Below, in pieces: positions 1 to 13,110 of a stretch of DNA of 64,000 nucleotides. The number at the start of each line of letters is the position of its first letter. The stretch's first letter is position 1. This DNA comes from Veleropilina oligotropha. Taxonomy: Eukaryota. Position numbers and translations under genes: made by a program. The stretch is taken from positions 1-64,000 of the forward strand of contig JBEUKZ010000099.1 of NCBI GenBank assembly GCA_048128005.1. The letters run 5' to 3'. The notes under the pieces were generated by a model, which was not told the DNA's origin, made no database searches, and was given only the letters and a program-made list of their open reading frames with translations.

Positions 1-492
1 AGTTTAGTTTTAGACTACATTTTAACATTATTTCAGTCGTATCTGTAGTCGAGTTCACCGGCTTAACGTCTCAGCCGACAGACGGATACTGTGTGCCATA
101 CAGAAGAGGTATATACATTTGACAAATTCTCGACACACCCGAGAATCGTACTCAGATATCTAGCGTAGAGGTTCAGGATCAACTCAGATATCTAGCGTAG
201 CGGTTATGGATCAACTCAAATATCTAGCGTAGCGGTTCAGGATCAACTCAGATATCTAGCGTAGCGGTTCAGGATCAACTCAGATATCTAGCGTAGCGGT
301 TCAAGATCAACTTAGATATCTAGCGTAGCGGTTCAGGATCAACTCAGATATCTAGCGTAGAGGTTCAGGATCAACTCAGATATCTAGCGTAGAGGTTCAG
401 GATCAACTCAGATATCTAGCGTAGCGGTTCAGGATCAACTCAGATATCTAGCGTAGCGGTTCAGGATCATAACCACTAAGCTACGGCCCTCT
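1..492 (-). mobile_element. tRNA-derived SINE-like element with an internal tandem amplification
   Basis: Minus strand reads GGCCGTAGCTTAGTGG (A-box-like) ... GAGTACGATTCTC (B-box-like), then a body and an A-rich tail (plus strand agtttagttttag at the window start). Confidence 0.55.
150..468. repeat. 32-bp minisatellite, about 10 copies
   Basis: Unit aactcagatatctagcgtagcggttcaggatc repeated directly. Confidence 0.95.
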
Positions 493-3400
493 CGATAATA
501 TTCTCAATTCATTTACAGTTACTGCAAAATATTATTCCAGTGCCGAATAGTGATATATGCCATATCTCGATCAATATCTTCACCAAGACAAGAAATTAAA
601 TACCATCTTGAAATTTAACATATCCATTTGCCTAAATAATGTTGTCATGTCTTAACGATTTTGCCTTGGGAACACCTATGTTATTGCAGCCGTATCCAGT
701 CGAATGTCTCGTATTTCACAATACTTAGCCATCGCGATATTTAACCAGCAAAAATTGATTACTTTGTACTGATTTATATAAACATCCTTTAATTATATAA
801 AACTATTATTTTAAAATGCTAATATTTGCTTAAAATTGCATTTCTACTTTATGAATTGACAGTTCTGAATCATAATTTTACACATCTTGTACGATGACTA
901 AAATCCAATCTTGGCAACTTTGATGGCCCAATCGTGGATTTTATGTCATTATAAGTGAATATATTTTACTGTGTACATAAGTGTCACATATAGTGTATGA
1001 GCCAGGGGACCAAAAATAGGGTATCCGGTACCACTTGGTGGGGGGGGGGGGGGGGGCAAATTGTCACATATATTTTCTGAAAGATATATGTCCCTAGATA
1101 TCATTTATGCATGATAGCAGTCTGGGTCGAGTAGATTTCACTTTTTTATGGGCTCATATTTAGACTCACCCCAAACGAAATTTGAGTTCCTCTAAATAAA
1201 TATTTTTCCACATTATAAATCATTTCATGAAAGAAAACATTCCCAAACTTCATAATATTGACAAAGATTATTAAAAACAGTTTATTATTAAAAAAAAAGT
1301 TTATAGGTCAAAAGAATTATATCAAATCAAATATGGCTTCCAAAATCCAAGATGGCCGCCGTAAAATACCAAAAATATCAACTATGTATACGTACAATAT
1401 ACAACTGACTTAAAGGGTAAATTATAACAGTTTATAGGTTAAGTTTACATATATACTGTACATAAGAATTCATAAATAGTTAATTTTGATACAGCTTCCA
1501 AAGATTCAAGATATCGGACATGGATCGAGATGTCTAATATATTCTGATTTTCATTGTACTGACGAATTGCATCAACGTGTGTGTGTATGTAGAGCGCATT
1601 CATAACATACCATACCAGCACCAATCGTCATTGCATATAGTAATACTGATATATCATACTTATATCTGTAATATCTCTCTCGCTCTGCGTTACGCAGTGG
1701 TCGGATGAGCAGGATTATCTCCCCTACTATGATTTAAGTGCAATGATACAGATTTCAATTTTATATTGCTTATTCAGTCAAACTTCAAAGTAGGCATAGT
1801 AAGATAATTGAACGTTATATTATCATCATGATCGTAATATTCATATTTCATCAAACATTGTTTTGGCTCAAGTATTATACTATTGGTGTAGTTTGTTACT
1901 ATTATATCAATCTGGTGACATACCCAGCACAAATTCCGATATTAACGAAATATGATTTTCGCTTTCAATTATGCCACAGATAACATATTGAAAATCAACC
2001 AAAATCCAATTAGTGAAACAATTTAAATTTGCATATTCATTGATTACGTAGTTTTGCATATAATTATGCCAAACGACCATAATTTACGGGGTAGCGATAT
2101 GATTTGGGGAATGTTTTATTACTGTGCTGTGTCATAGATTGGATAGGAATGTCAGTTATACGACTGCATTAGCCATTTTCAATCATATTGTAGTTAGAAC
2201 CCCGGTTTAACATCAGGCCGGGTAGTGTGTTTTTAAATGTGTTTTGTAATAATGAATGAGAGAGATTAAATATGAATGTAGGCCATCTATTATTGCAATT
2301 GCTGACATTCAATCTTTTGTAATCCGCTGTGAAAAACATGTCATTTGAAGATATTTCATGATTAAACAGCCTTATTTTTATACACTTCATTATGATTTTC
2401 ACATTCATAAACACACAAAGTTGGTAAAATAATGTCATCATTACGTTTAAGCTGTATCATACCCTAATTTGAGAGATATCTCGATAATTTATGCAATAAG
2501 CAGATAGTGGGAATAGGCATGACAATTCTGCCTTTTTATCGAAGCAGTAATTTTTCCAATCGCAAGCTATAAATCTGACGCATAAAGGAATGGAGGCGCA
2601 CTTGAGTAGCGTCTGGTTTTGGTAATTTGTAAGTCCATAGTGTGCGTTTATTCTGACGCAATGCACTAAGTTACGCATATAAATACGGTCGTAGTGTAAA
2701 CCCAGCCTAATGTCATTATTCAACGTTTGCATATAATCATCGTTCTGATCCTATTATGATAAAAACCACAAGCAGGAAAAAGGCCATCTACCGGAGATAT
2801 TAATAAAACCAAGGTTTCGATAAAATATAACTTAACGTAATCGTAATACAACATCCAATTCAATTTAATATAACCTTTATACTATTTTACTAAAGATATA
2901 TAAAAGATGGCATATTTAGTCAAAACAGATTTCATGATGTATTATAAGGGTAAAAACTAAAAGATAAACGGGATCTATTTCGTAAATATGTGAAATTCCG
3001 CTGCCATTATCTTTTATTATGAGTATATATTTAGATGTGCACCACCTCCATAAATATGTGGCGCTGACGGTTCGAATGTCGATTCCAAATCAAGAGTTGG
3101 AGAGCTAGCTAAAGTTCAATTACTCTTTTGAGTACAAAATGTTCGATGATCGCCATCTACATCATTTGAGTGTAATTGATGCACTCAAAGAAGCTTGAAA
3201 ATGACCGTTCTTATTTAAAAACTCAAGACATTGGACCGTATTCAGAAACGCCACTTCCCTTCTATGTGACAATTTAAGCGTGAAAGGATGATTTACGCCA
3301 TTGAAGAGCATTAATGTAAGCTTAACTTTCGGATAGTAAAGTTTAAATTTTCCAAAGTGGGTAGTCCCAAGTAATACTTACAGTGCATTTCATAAACGCC

Positions 3401-3805
3401 ACTTATAGCAAAGTTAACCTTTCAAACAGTTAGAGTTTGACAGTGTGATCACAATTTCCGGACAATAATGTCACTTACGAAGGAACATGACTAAGTGGGA
3501 ACGATTACAAAAAATCCATGTCGTTGAATCCATACATCCTTCTAGACATATATAAGCCAAGGGTGTTGATAATGAATTCGAGAAGTGACACGCAGCTTAA
3601 TTTTTACAAATATATCGTTTTTCAAATGAAGGTAGCAATGGGTATCATATGAACAACAAACAAACAAACAAAAATCCACTACCTGCAGTTGTAGTGAAAA
3701 TGATTAGAGAAAATGACGTTAAACGAATATATATGCAATATACTGTTAAGAACTAAAATCGCTATTATTTACCGAAAAGCGCCATAAAGCTACACAAATC
3801 GACTG

Positions 3806-4306
3806 TTACATATCTTTCAGATTGCATCCCTTTTCATGTCGCAGAGAAGAACTCTTGTAATTAAATGTCTTCGTGCAGTATTTACACGTAAAAGGTCGAT
3901 CACCATGGTGCATGTTCATATGACCTACAAAGTGCGTGCTCCTGAGAAATCCTTTCCCACATATTGCACACGTATGCCGGGAGTCTCCGCTGTGTAGTTT
4001 CATATGCTCTGTCAGCACCCCGGGTGCGCTCATTGTCTTGTTGCAAATTTCGCACGTCAATCTGAAGTCGGAGTCAGGGTTTCCTGGTCCACAATCATGC
4101 CGTTGCACACCTGAGGCATTTCGAAATAAATTCGAAGGCGGTGATTGGCTCTCTACCATCAAATCAGAATACGAGTCTGGAATCGATGATGATTGGTCGA
4201 TTTGATAGCTTTTCGATGCGCGCGGCTCTTGATGATCCCACAATGACATCGCGTCTGTGCCAGACGAATATAATGATGAGCGCGTTTGGCAACGTGTCGC
4301 CGAACC
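3806..4306 (-). CDS. Zinc-finger terminal exon, cassette 1 (3 fingers: C2H2, C2H2, C2HC)
   Basis: Acceptor ttgttcctttgcag|GGT, phase 0. Encodes CEICNKTM..HMKLH, CAICGKGFLRSTHFVGHMNMH, linker HGDRPF, CKYCTKTFNYKSSSLRHEKGC, then stop. The ORF-track 'M' is the TTG inside the acceptor. Confidence 0.85.
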   Translation of the reverse strand, partial: GSATRCQTRSSLYSSGTDAMSLWDHQEPRASKSYQIDQSSSIPDSYSDLMVESQSPPSNLFRNASGVQRHDCGPGNPDSDFRLTCEICNKTMSAPGVLTEHMKLHSGDSRHTCAICGKGFLRSTHFVGHMNMHHGDRPFTCKYCTKTFNYKSSSLRHEKGCNLKDM

Positions 4307-4672
4307 CTGCAAAGGAACAAATGATGGGATCAGAGTGGTTGTGCACGAATGGAAGAAGAGTACATTTTAGTATAACGAAAGAAACACAGCACATTTCATG
4401 CACATGCATATAAGTAAGCAATATTAATAATATTCATAATGCAATGGTCACTTCCCATTTGCTAAATATCAATAAAACGACTAAAGAGAACAAGGTACTA
4501 AGATGAAAATAAAATAAAATGTAGGAATCACGTTTACAAGATGAAGCAGGGAACTGCGTGTATTTTAAGATAAATGGCCGTTAATTAGTTTATATACATT
4601 CTAAACAAATTTATGAAAGCGAAAATAACTAAAACGAAAACGAAGCAGAACAACCGGCTTTAATTGGTGGCA

Positions 4673-4806
<134 letters not shown>

Positions 4807-6107
4807 GATCAAAGAGCCATATATAGCGAAGAATTTGTATAATAGACACCATGCTCGATGCAATGATGGCTACGCTTTTCTGTAGACCAGTTGCGGGCCA
4901 GGGCAAAGAATCTTATTTTAATCAACATGCCTTTAAACTGTCTACGAAAGTGGGAATTCGTCTTCAGTGAAAAGACAAATAAGAATTATCATTCATGGCA
5001 GTCTATAAATGGCCTAATCTATGAATGACCATATAAGGTGTAAAACCCAATGCAACAAACCAAAATAAGCTAACGCTCAAATTTCTGAATTGCAATGTGT
5101 AACTAACTCAACACAATCGCGCATATTCATGTAATAACCTTGATAAATGTTTTTCAATATCTGCGCTTTTCTCTTTAAAGTTGCACCATCACCTGTGCAA
5201 ATATTGGTACTATATATAGGGCATATTTGCGTTTATTATGAAGAAAACGTCGCTGCCAAGTTACGTTTATAGCAATAGCGACATATATTATAGGAAGGTA
5301 GTAGATAGATATATATATTTATTTTCCATTCATATAAAATTTCAATAAAGGTGCAAGAATTCGGAGTAACAATATATTATATATTATATAGTTCCCAAAT
5401 TGATGTGAAATAGTCATAATATTTGGTCGAACTGCCTAGAGCCGGAACAATACTTTTCCTGGCAAGCATGATATTGGATTGACGGCTTCCATGACCAAGA
5501 GGTAATTATAACTTATGGATTGATATACTATTCAAAAGGAACACGATTGCGGGAGATAATTCATTATAATGTAGGTGGCGCTGCCGGCAGTCGCTAATTA
5601 CTCCAATTTCTAGCTGAAATTTTATATCATAAATGTTAAGGACGAATTTTCTTTCGTTAATTTACACGTACAAATCATCATTTGCCACCTCTTGCCCAGC
5701 TATGAGTATGTGAAAAAACTCTTCTTTCCAATGATACAATTTAATATTTTCTAATTTGCGCGCAAATTGCTTCCATTTCATGTTTTTGTTTTTCAGATTT
5801 TCCCCTGTACTTTATCATAAGAAAATCAGAATTTTAACACATTTCAGTGGCTTTAGACAATAATAAATTCTATTTACATTTACATGCCAAATCTTGCCCA
5901 GTTATGACTAGATAGCTAAATATATATACTTTCTAGTGATATTATTTGCGATTTGTTGTGTTTTGTTGAAATTGCTTCCATTTTCATCCCCCGCCCGAAG
6001 GTAGCGGGGGATATTGTTGTTGCCATGTGCGTCCGTACGTCCGGAAACAATTTGGTTAAAGTTTCGAATTGAGTGTATATAGCTTGCCCATGATACTTTT
6101 TGGCATA

Positions 6108-7193
6108 CACTAGTCACAAAAAGTTAAGGATCACCCTGTTTTTTTTTTAAATAATTTAACAAATGGTTTAATTGTCAAGTAAATAGTCTTAAGCCTGTTC
6201 GAATTTCTTTATGACATTCCTTTACATTTTAAATATGGTTTTACTGTATCATGTTCCTGAAATGCGCACCAAAAATAGACCGACAACATGCACACTCGCA
6301 AGAACAAAGTCCTGTGAATATTTATCACCGGTTATTTGATAAAAGGGTAATAAAGAAAGGTCAGCAATCATTGCCAAAAGAAACAGGGAAATTTGACAGC
6401 ATTCATGTGCAAAGATATATTTTTGTACTATCATAGATTTGGCATATAAATGTAAATAGCATTTATTATAGTCTAAAGCCACTGAAGTGGGTTAAAAAAA
6501 GCATTGTATTGAAACTATACTTTTTATAATATCTGTCATGTATATATTTTGTAATATACAATTGTTTTTATCAAACATGTATTCTGTACTATCGTGGTAA
6601 AATAAATTTGATTTGATTGATTGATGAGATCATGCAGCCTTTCATCATGCCATAGATTCGGGCTCAATCTTGCAGTATGATTACGCTTCTCCACACCCGC
6701 ATCAGCAGATTGATTTGATGGACTAGCTAGCTCGATCACCAGATCTGACGCCCACCGAGACCCTCTGTGATTCGGCCATGAACACCATCCTCGGTACATG
6801 AACACCATCCTCGGTACATGAACACCATCCTCCTGCAGCTAACCCGGGACCGAGTTCATCTAGTTTCTTCAGCAGGAATGAAATGCCATCCTCCACCAGA
6901 CTCGGTGATCACTGCACATTCCAGGAGGCGAATATGTGTGGCAGCTAATGGCAGCCATACCCATTCTTTGCCACTGCAAAAAACTGGCGTTTTGTGTGAC
7001 TTTCTGAAAGCGGGGTGGGTTCATTGGACAAATGTTTTGATCGGTTAAAATCGTGCTACCAATAAAAATTTGATCTCAAATTCTTGCAAATATATATGGA
7101 GTTATATTATGTAAAAAATGTATTCTCATATCTCTTCGCGTTTCATTTTCATGACAGATGTTTTAAGCGATCCTTAACTTCTTGTGACTAGTG
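6108..7193 (+). mobile_element. Tc1-family internally deleted transposon
   Basis: TA|cactagtcacaaaaagttaaggatc ... gatccttaacttcttgtgactagtg|TA. Remnant Tc1 transposase C-terminus (SRRRICVAANGSHT) near 6920-6960. Confidence 0.85.
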
Positions 7194-7278
7194 TATATAT
7201 GCTTTTGTAGGCGTTGTATGGATGACACCTGGTACTCTGGAAGTGTGATTGAATAAAATTTAATATAATTATTGCATA

Positions 7279-7635
7279 AACTAGCAATGGTACCCGTCTA
7301 TTGAGAGTAATTTTTTTTTTTTCCCGAATTTTCCGAATTTTTTTCGTGGTAAACCTTCCTTGGGGGACCCCGATTAACCCCCCAAAGTTTGAAGGTCCTA
7401 GGTCAAAGCGTCTGGGAGGAGTTCAACTTGAAACAGACAGACAGACACGCACACATAGAATTATAGCTCCATTATATGAAGAGATATAGTAAAAAAAAAA
7501 AAATTTCCCGAATTTTCCGAATTTTTTTCGTGGTAAACCTTCCTTGGGGGACCCCGATTAACCCCCCAAAGTTTGAAGGTCCTAGGTCAAACCGTCTGGG
7601 AGGAGTTCAACTTGAAACAGACACACATACAATTA
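7279..7635 (+). mobile_element. Helitron/HINE-like element with a duplicated core and (ACAG)n
   Basis: actagcaatggtacccgtc start, two copies of a core of about 190 bp, ends attatagctccattatattaagat. A reverse-complement copy lies at 10099-10406. Confidence 0.6.
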
Positions 7636-7855
7636 TAGCTCCATTATATTAAGATGTAGGTGTTTTAGAACATTGAAAATTTGGTTAAAGTTTTTCATTG
7701 AGTGTATATGGGTTGCTGAAACGACATTTTGGTGTATATATGCTTTGGTATCGATAATATGAATGTCAACTGATACTATAGAAGTGATGCTGAATTAAAT
7801 TTAATATAATTATTGCATAAAAATAGGTGTTTGTGGACATACAAATTTTGGTTAA

Positions 7856-8563
7856 AGGTCAAATACGGCAGTGGGACGTAAAATTAGTCATACCATCGTT
7901 TTATGTTATCTAATGTTCAAATAAACACTTTCCGAAAAATTTGTCATCGAAAAAAAATGTTTAGATGTTCTTTATAATTAACTACATGTCACGGCCATCG
8001 AATGTGGTGAGGAAAGTCTATAATTAGGTAATCGCCAGTATGTCGTCATAACAGTGATTGATTGATTGGTTGGTGAAGCTCGTGTGAAAACAAAATGGTG
8101 GCAGGAAAATTCCCTGAGTTCAGAGAAATTTGTGTGAAGATTATCAGCAGAGAATAGTATACTTATGAATGCTAATGGAAATGCATTTATGTGTAATGTA
8201 CTTATTTGATTATCAAAACTGCCGTAATATACATGTTTTAGTCTTGTGCGATTTTTATTTGAAATGACATAAGTCCTATTGAATGTGGCACGAGTTATCA
8301 CGATCTTCGCACTAATTGTCCCAGCACGAGCTGTCATGATTATGGCATTTTTTGGACGGTTTTGCGGTCACAATCGCTTGCAAGGTCACAGGTCACGAAG
8401 AAAGTTTCGCTGGACACGCCCAACTTTGTGACAATTTTAAACAATAGTATTTTGGTGTAATTTCAATATTTTTTTTGTTTTAACTGGCTTAGCATATATT
8501 TAATGTTTATATAATCATAATTATAGTACGAATGTACGATTTTATGACTGCCATATTTGACCA
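7856..8563. mobile_element. Kolobok-like non-autonomous DNA transposon, copy 1
   Basis: TTAA|aggtcaaatacggcagt ... actgccatatttgacca|TTAA. A near-identical copy lies at 42533-43229. Confidence 0.8.
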
Positions 8564-10098
8564 TTAAATTTTTCAATGGGCATATGGGTTGTTCTATAGG
8601 CACTATTTTACATCCATATACTTTAGTGTTGACTATATTTATGCTGTTCCCTAATCTGCAAGTGATTTATAATATAAATAACATGTGAAATTAGTGTTTG
8701 TGGACATAGATATTTTTGTTCAAGTTGAGTGAATTTCCGTTCTGTCCCATTATTTATTGCATACATATTCTTTGTTGATGCTTATATTGATACCACCTTT
8801 TACTCTAGCAATGTTATTGAATATTATTTTGTATAAATATTGGGACATACAAATTTTGGTTAAAGTTTATATCAGAGTGATTGCGGAAGGCGAGGGATGA
8901 ATCCGTTTTCTAACGGGCTATTGTATGATTTAGTGGTTCAGAACTGTTGTATATTGGAAAAATTATCACATTCCCTAAAACTGAGTCTTTAACATATGCA
9001 GTTTGCTCTTTTTGTAAAGTGTTTTCCAATTCCAAGTGTAATAATAAAAAAATAATAATTAACAGGATGTATTTTATTACATAGTTTAAAAGACTTGGTT
9101 GTTTCAATTTTAAATTAAAAGGAATAATATTTACGACATATATATAATCACGCATAACCTATTCTTCAGCATATATTTTAACCAAATGTAACATATGGTC
9201 ATCTACATCATTAATGTGACAAAATATTAAACGTGTAAGCAGAGAAATCTATAAATTTTAACTGATGCATTTAATAAGTTATAATTGTATTCGTGTTAGT
9301 TCTATCTCATTTTGGTGTTATTTCATTGAATTTCAAGGCCCGAAAGTATGTGCCTTAATAATTACTGGAAATCATTTTATACGTTCAGAAATATTAAACA
9401 TCATATAAACGATCTATAAATATTTCACACATGTCTTAGACACGATTATAACATTATGACTCAACAAACTAAATGTTATCAATAACGCACATTATTCAAC
9501 GTGACCACATGAGCAACAAGTTTTTACTGATATTGTGAAATACTGAAGGTTTAGTACATTATATATAACTTGTAAGGATATAAATACAAAGCATTACACG
9601 AAAACAATGAATTTAGTTTTAATCAGTCTAATATTATATTAAACCTTCATCAATATCCTATACGATCATCCAGTAAAATCTCACACGCCTACAATAATTT
9701 ATTTACGAAAATACTTGCTATATTAAGAATCCAACTTTAATACTAACAAGTTGATCCATGGAAAGTCATCGTGGACATACACCGTCCACCACACAGACAG
9801 ACAGACACACAGACAGCCTCAATACAATAGTTTCTCCGTTAACACGGCTCAACTAATAATGAGCTAACTACGTACTGTGCAGCTTTCATTTAGTGCTTCA
9901 CACCTCAATTGAGAAGACTATGTTGTCTTTATTTTCATCAGAAGCAATAACGCGTCCATTGTCTGCATTTCCATTTCTCGCATACAGTGAACAATCTAGC
10001 ACCTTCTGTTCAATGGAGTTGGGTTTTCGAAAAACAATTGTTTGATTCTGATTCTTTATTTTACTCTCTGACCACCATTGTGGAATACAAGGTACATA

Positions 10099-10406
10099 AT
10101 CTTAATATAATGGAGCTATAATTGTATGTGTGTCTGTCTGTCTGTCTGTCTGTCTGTTTCAAGTTGAACTCCTCCCAGACGCTTTGACCTAGGACCTTCA
10201 AACTTTGGGGGGTTAATCGGGGTCCCCCAAGGAAGGTTTACCACGAAAAAAAATCGGAAAATTCGCGAAAAAAAAAAACATTTACTATCATTTTTAATAT
10301 AATGGAGAAAAAAAAAAAAAAAAAAAAAAAAACCACTATCCAAAAAAAAAAAAAAAAAATTGGGGCTGGGGGGACTTACCCGGCGAAGACGGGTACCATT
10401 GCTAGT
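10099..10406 (-). mobile_element. Second copy of the 7279-7635 HINE-like family
   Basis: Reverse complement of the 7279-7635 core; the ORF track gives the same conceptual peptide (FVVNLPWGTPINPPKF). Confidence 0.65.
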
Positions 10407-10444
10407 AAATTGTAATAAATTATTGTTAGTACAAAACATATTTA

Positions 10445-11100
10445 AACAAGAGCATCCGAGAGGAAGCATAGTTGAGCCGCAGTGCCCACTCTCAATAAAC
10501 TTAATTTTATTTGTCTAGGTTGACCGAGTCCAGAGATATGTCTGTTTATGTATTTACGCTTATTTGAGTTTGGTGACCCTGACTTTTGACCTCATAAATC
10601 AATCAGTAGTTAGATATCCACTCATATATCATATATATGAAGTTTCGTAGCTATATGTTTTGAATTGACCATGTTATGCCATGTAAAGTCATCGCGGACA
10701 TACACGACAACACCACCACACAGACAGACAGACAGCCTCAATACAATAGTTTCTCCGTAAACGGCTCCACTAACAAGCGCATCCGAAAGGAAGTATAGTT
10801 GAGCCGAAGTGCCCACTCTCAATAAACTTAATTTTATCTTTCTAGGTTGACCGAGTCCAGAGATATGTCTGTTTATGTATTTTACACTTATTTGACTTTG
10901 GTGACCTTGACCTTTGACCTCATAAATCAATCAGTAGTTAGATATCCACTCATATATCATATATATGAAGTTTGGTGGCTATATGTTTTGAATTGACCAT
11001 GTTATGCCATGTAAAGTCATCGCGGACATACATCGTCCACGGCCACACAGACACACATACAGCCTCAATACAATAGTTTCTCCGTAAACGGCTCAACTAA
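10445..11100 (+). mobile_element. Two tandem copies of a HINE/Pearl-like element of about 325 bp
   Basis: Direct duplication acaag..catccga..ggaag..atagttgagccg ... acggctcaactaa, containing tgaccttgacctttgacc and (ACAG)n. A partial third copy lies at about 9745-9860. Confidence 0.65.
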
Positions 11101-11384
11101 TTACATGATATATGGTGATATATTAATATAGCTCTAATAACACTGATTATATACATTTTTAACTGATATCTATAATAATATGTTCAAAAATTAACCATAG
11201 TTGTTTACACAGCAGATATAAAAATGAATTATCACATGACAAAGCTGTTATGGAACGGTAGAAGCCGTTCCATAATTTTCGATACGAATAGACACGTTTC
11301 ATATGTATGCAAATGAGCGCGAACATGACGCCCGGTCGTTACATCTGGCGCCAAGTTGATTAGGCGGCTCATCACCCTCATTAA

Positions 11385-11760
11385 CATATTGAATAATTCA
11401 TACGCGTTGACTCGTCGATTACTGACAATGCAAAGATGTTGAACTATTTTGTATTGGCGTACTGGCGTGGCGCGTGATTTCGAGGCGTGATGCGTCTGAG
11501 GCATGGCAATTTATGGCTGAAAGTACTGACATAAATTAGTTTTAAAACGTAAAGAAATGGGTTTAAAAACGCAATAAAATAAGTTTAAAGGTAAATAAAG
11601 TCATGTGATAAAGAAGATATTAAACTTGTTTCCATTTCATATGAGAATTATGAAACTCGTCAGCAAATGTATGTACCTCGCCAAGGCTCGGTACATAAAT
11701 TGTGTCCGACTCGTTTCATAATTCGCCTATGAAATGGACACTCGTTCGATATCCTCTATT
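11385..11760. repeat. Dispersed repeat (probable DNA transposon end), also at about 29736-30058
   Basis: Shared acatattgaataattcatacgcgttga ... gactcgtttcataatt ... atcctctat. Confidence 0.75.
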
Positions 11761-12041
11761 TATGAAAATACTATTTCAAATATTGTTATGGTCTAACAAT
11801 GTATAACTGCAATATGTAATATATTATATTATACATAGTTATATTATAGATTATACATAAATAACAATTTCTTATGTTATATCAACAGTAGATATTAACT
11901 TACATTACACAATACAATTTCCAAGATAGAAATCGTAGTATAATGTATAGCGCAGATGTATGTCTCCGATAATATATCGTAATGTTGCTAATATTAGTTA
12001 TACATACAAGTACAGTAATTCAATATATCACAATAGCGATT

Positions 12042-13110
12042 TTAGGTAAAAACGCATTCTTTAAGGAATTTGCATAATTTTATTGTTGAAGCCAATGAAG
12101 AATTAGCAAATAGGTCGTGAAATTTTCTAATATTCGGTCTGACCGTGAAATATTTTCTAATATATTTGTTCCTTTGAACGTTGTAATATCTGCAATGGAA
12201 TAGGACATGGAACTCATCGCAAATGTCGTCACTGTCACATTTGGTGCAGGTTCGTTCGTTTCTGGGAACGCCTGTCCATCTCCCTGTTTCGATTGGCAAT
12301 CTATGATTAGATGTTCTAAATTTCGTCAATATTATTATTAAGTTGTTAGGCAATGCCGTAATATATGATTCCATACGAAAGTTTTCCTTTATTATTTTGT
12401 AAGTTGTTCCTTTGGATGAGTTCTCCATGTCACTATTCCATTGCTGTTGGTATTGATCTTTAAGTATAGTTTTGGCACGGGATGCCAACCAAGACTTGCT
12501 TGGGAAGGTCTGGTTTGCCCAGATAAATTGCATGCCAATTCGGTTAAATATGTTTTACATGCTATCTAGCCATTTCGATACAAAATCTTCTTCTCGTTTT
12601 ATATTATATAATAATAAACTTAATTTAGATTCCTTCCCTGTTATAAGTTTAGCCCAATAGTTAATCATTCGGCTTTGAATGTGCACAGAGAGCGGGCAAC
12701 GTCCTAGTTCCCCCGTAAACCATGTAATTTGGGGTTGACGATTTCACCTTCAGTATCATTTTACAAAATCGTAAGTGCACTAATTCTATTGTTTTTAAAG
12801 ATTCGTAACCCCAAATTTCACAGTTATATGTCAGTATCGGCTGTACATTTCGATCAAATAGTATTAACTGTACATCTATCGGTAGCTTTAGTAGTCTAGT
12901 TTTTCTCATTATTGCATAGATGGCTTTCGTTGCTTGTTCTGCTAATCGTTTCTGCGTGGTAATGAATCTATTTGTGTGTGACAATGTAATACCTAGATAT
13001 TTATAGGAATCAACAATATCTAAAGTATGTCCATCAAATGTAAAGTTTTACACTCTTCTAGTTTTTCTTTTCTCAAATATCATTACTTTGGTCTTACTGT
13101 GATTAACACT
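12042..13110 (-). mobile_element. 5'-truncated, frameshifted non-LTR retrotransposon (CR1/L2 group), ORF2 C-terminus
   Basis: VDSYKYLGITLS, PILTYNCEIWG, RLPIETGRW..CTKC..DEFHVLFHC motifs split across frames. Confidence 0.85.

Larger units (their letters stand above)
5986..8917 (+). mobile_element. Helentron/HINE-like non-autonomous element hosting three nested insertions
   Basis: 5' catcccccgcccgaaggtagcggggg, internal repeats containing aattttggttaaagtt, 3' gaaggcgagggatg followed by a short hairpin. Interrupted by elements at 6108, 7279 and 7856. Confidence 0.5.

Noticed and set aside
3936..4413. Plus-strand ORFs overlapping ZF cassettes (also 17708, 33773, 44621, 50123, 53288, 59423)
   Set aside because: Antisense shadows of GC-richer coding exons with no recognisable domain.
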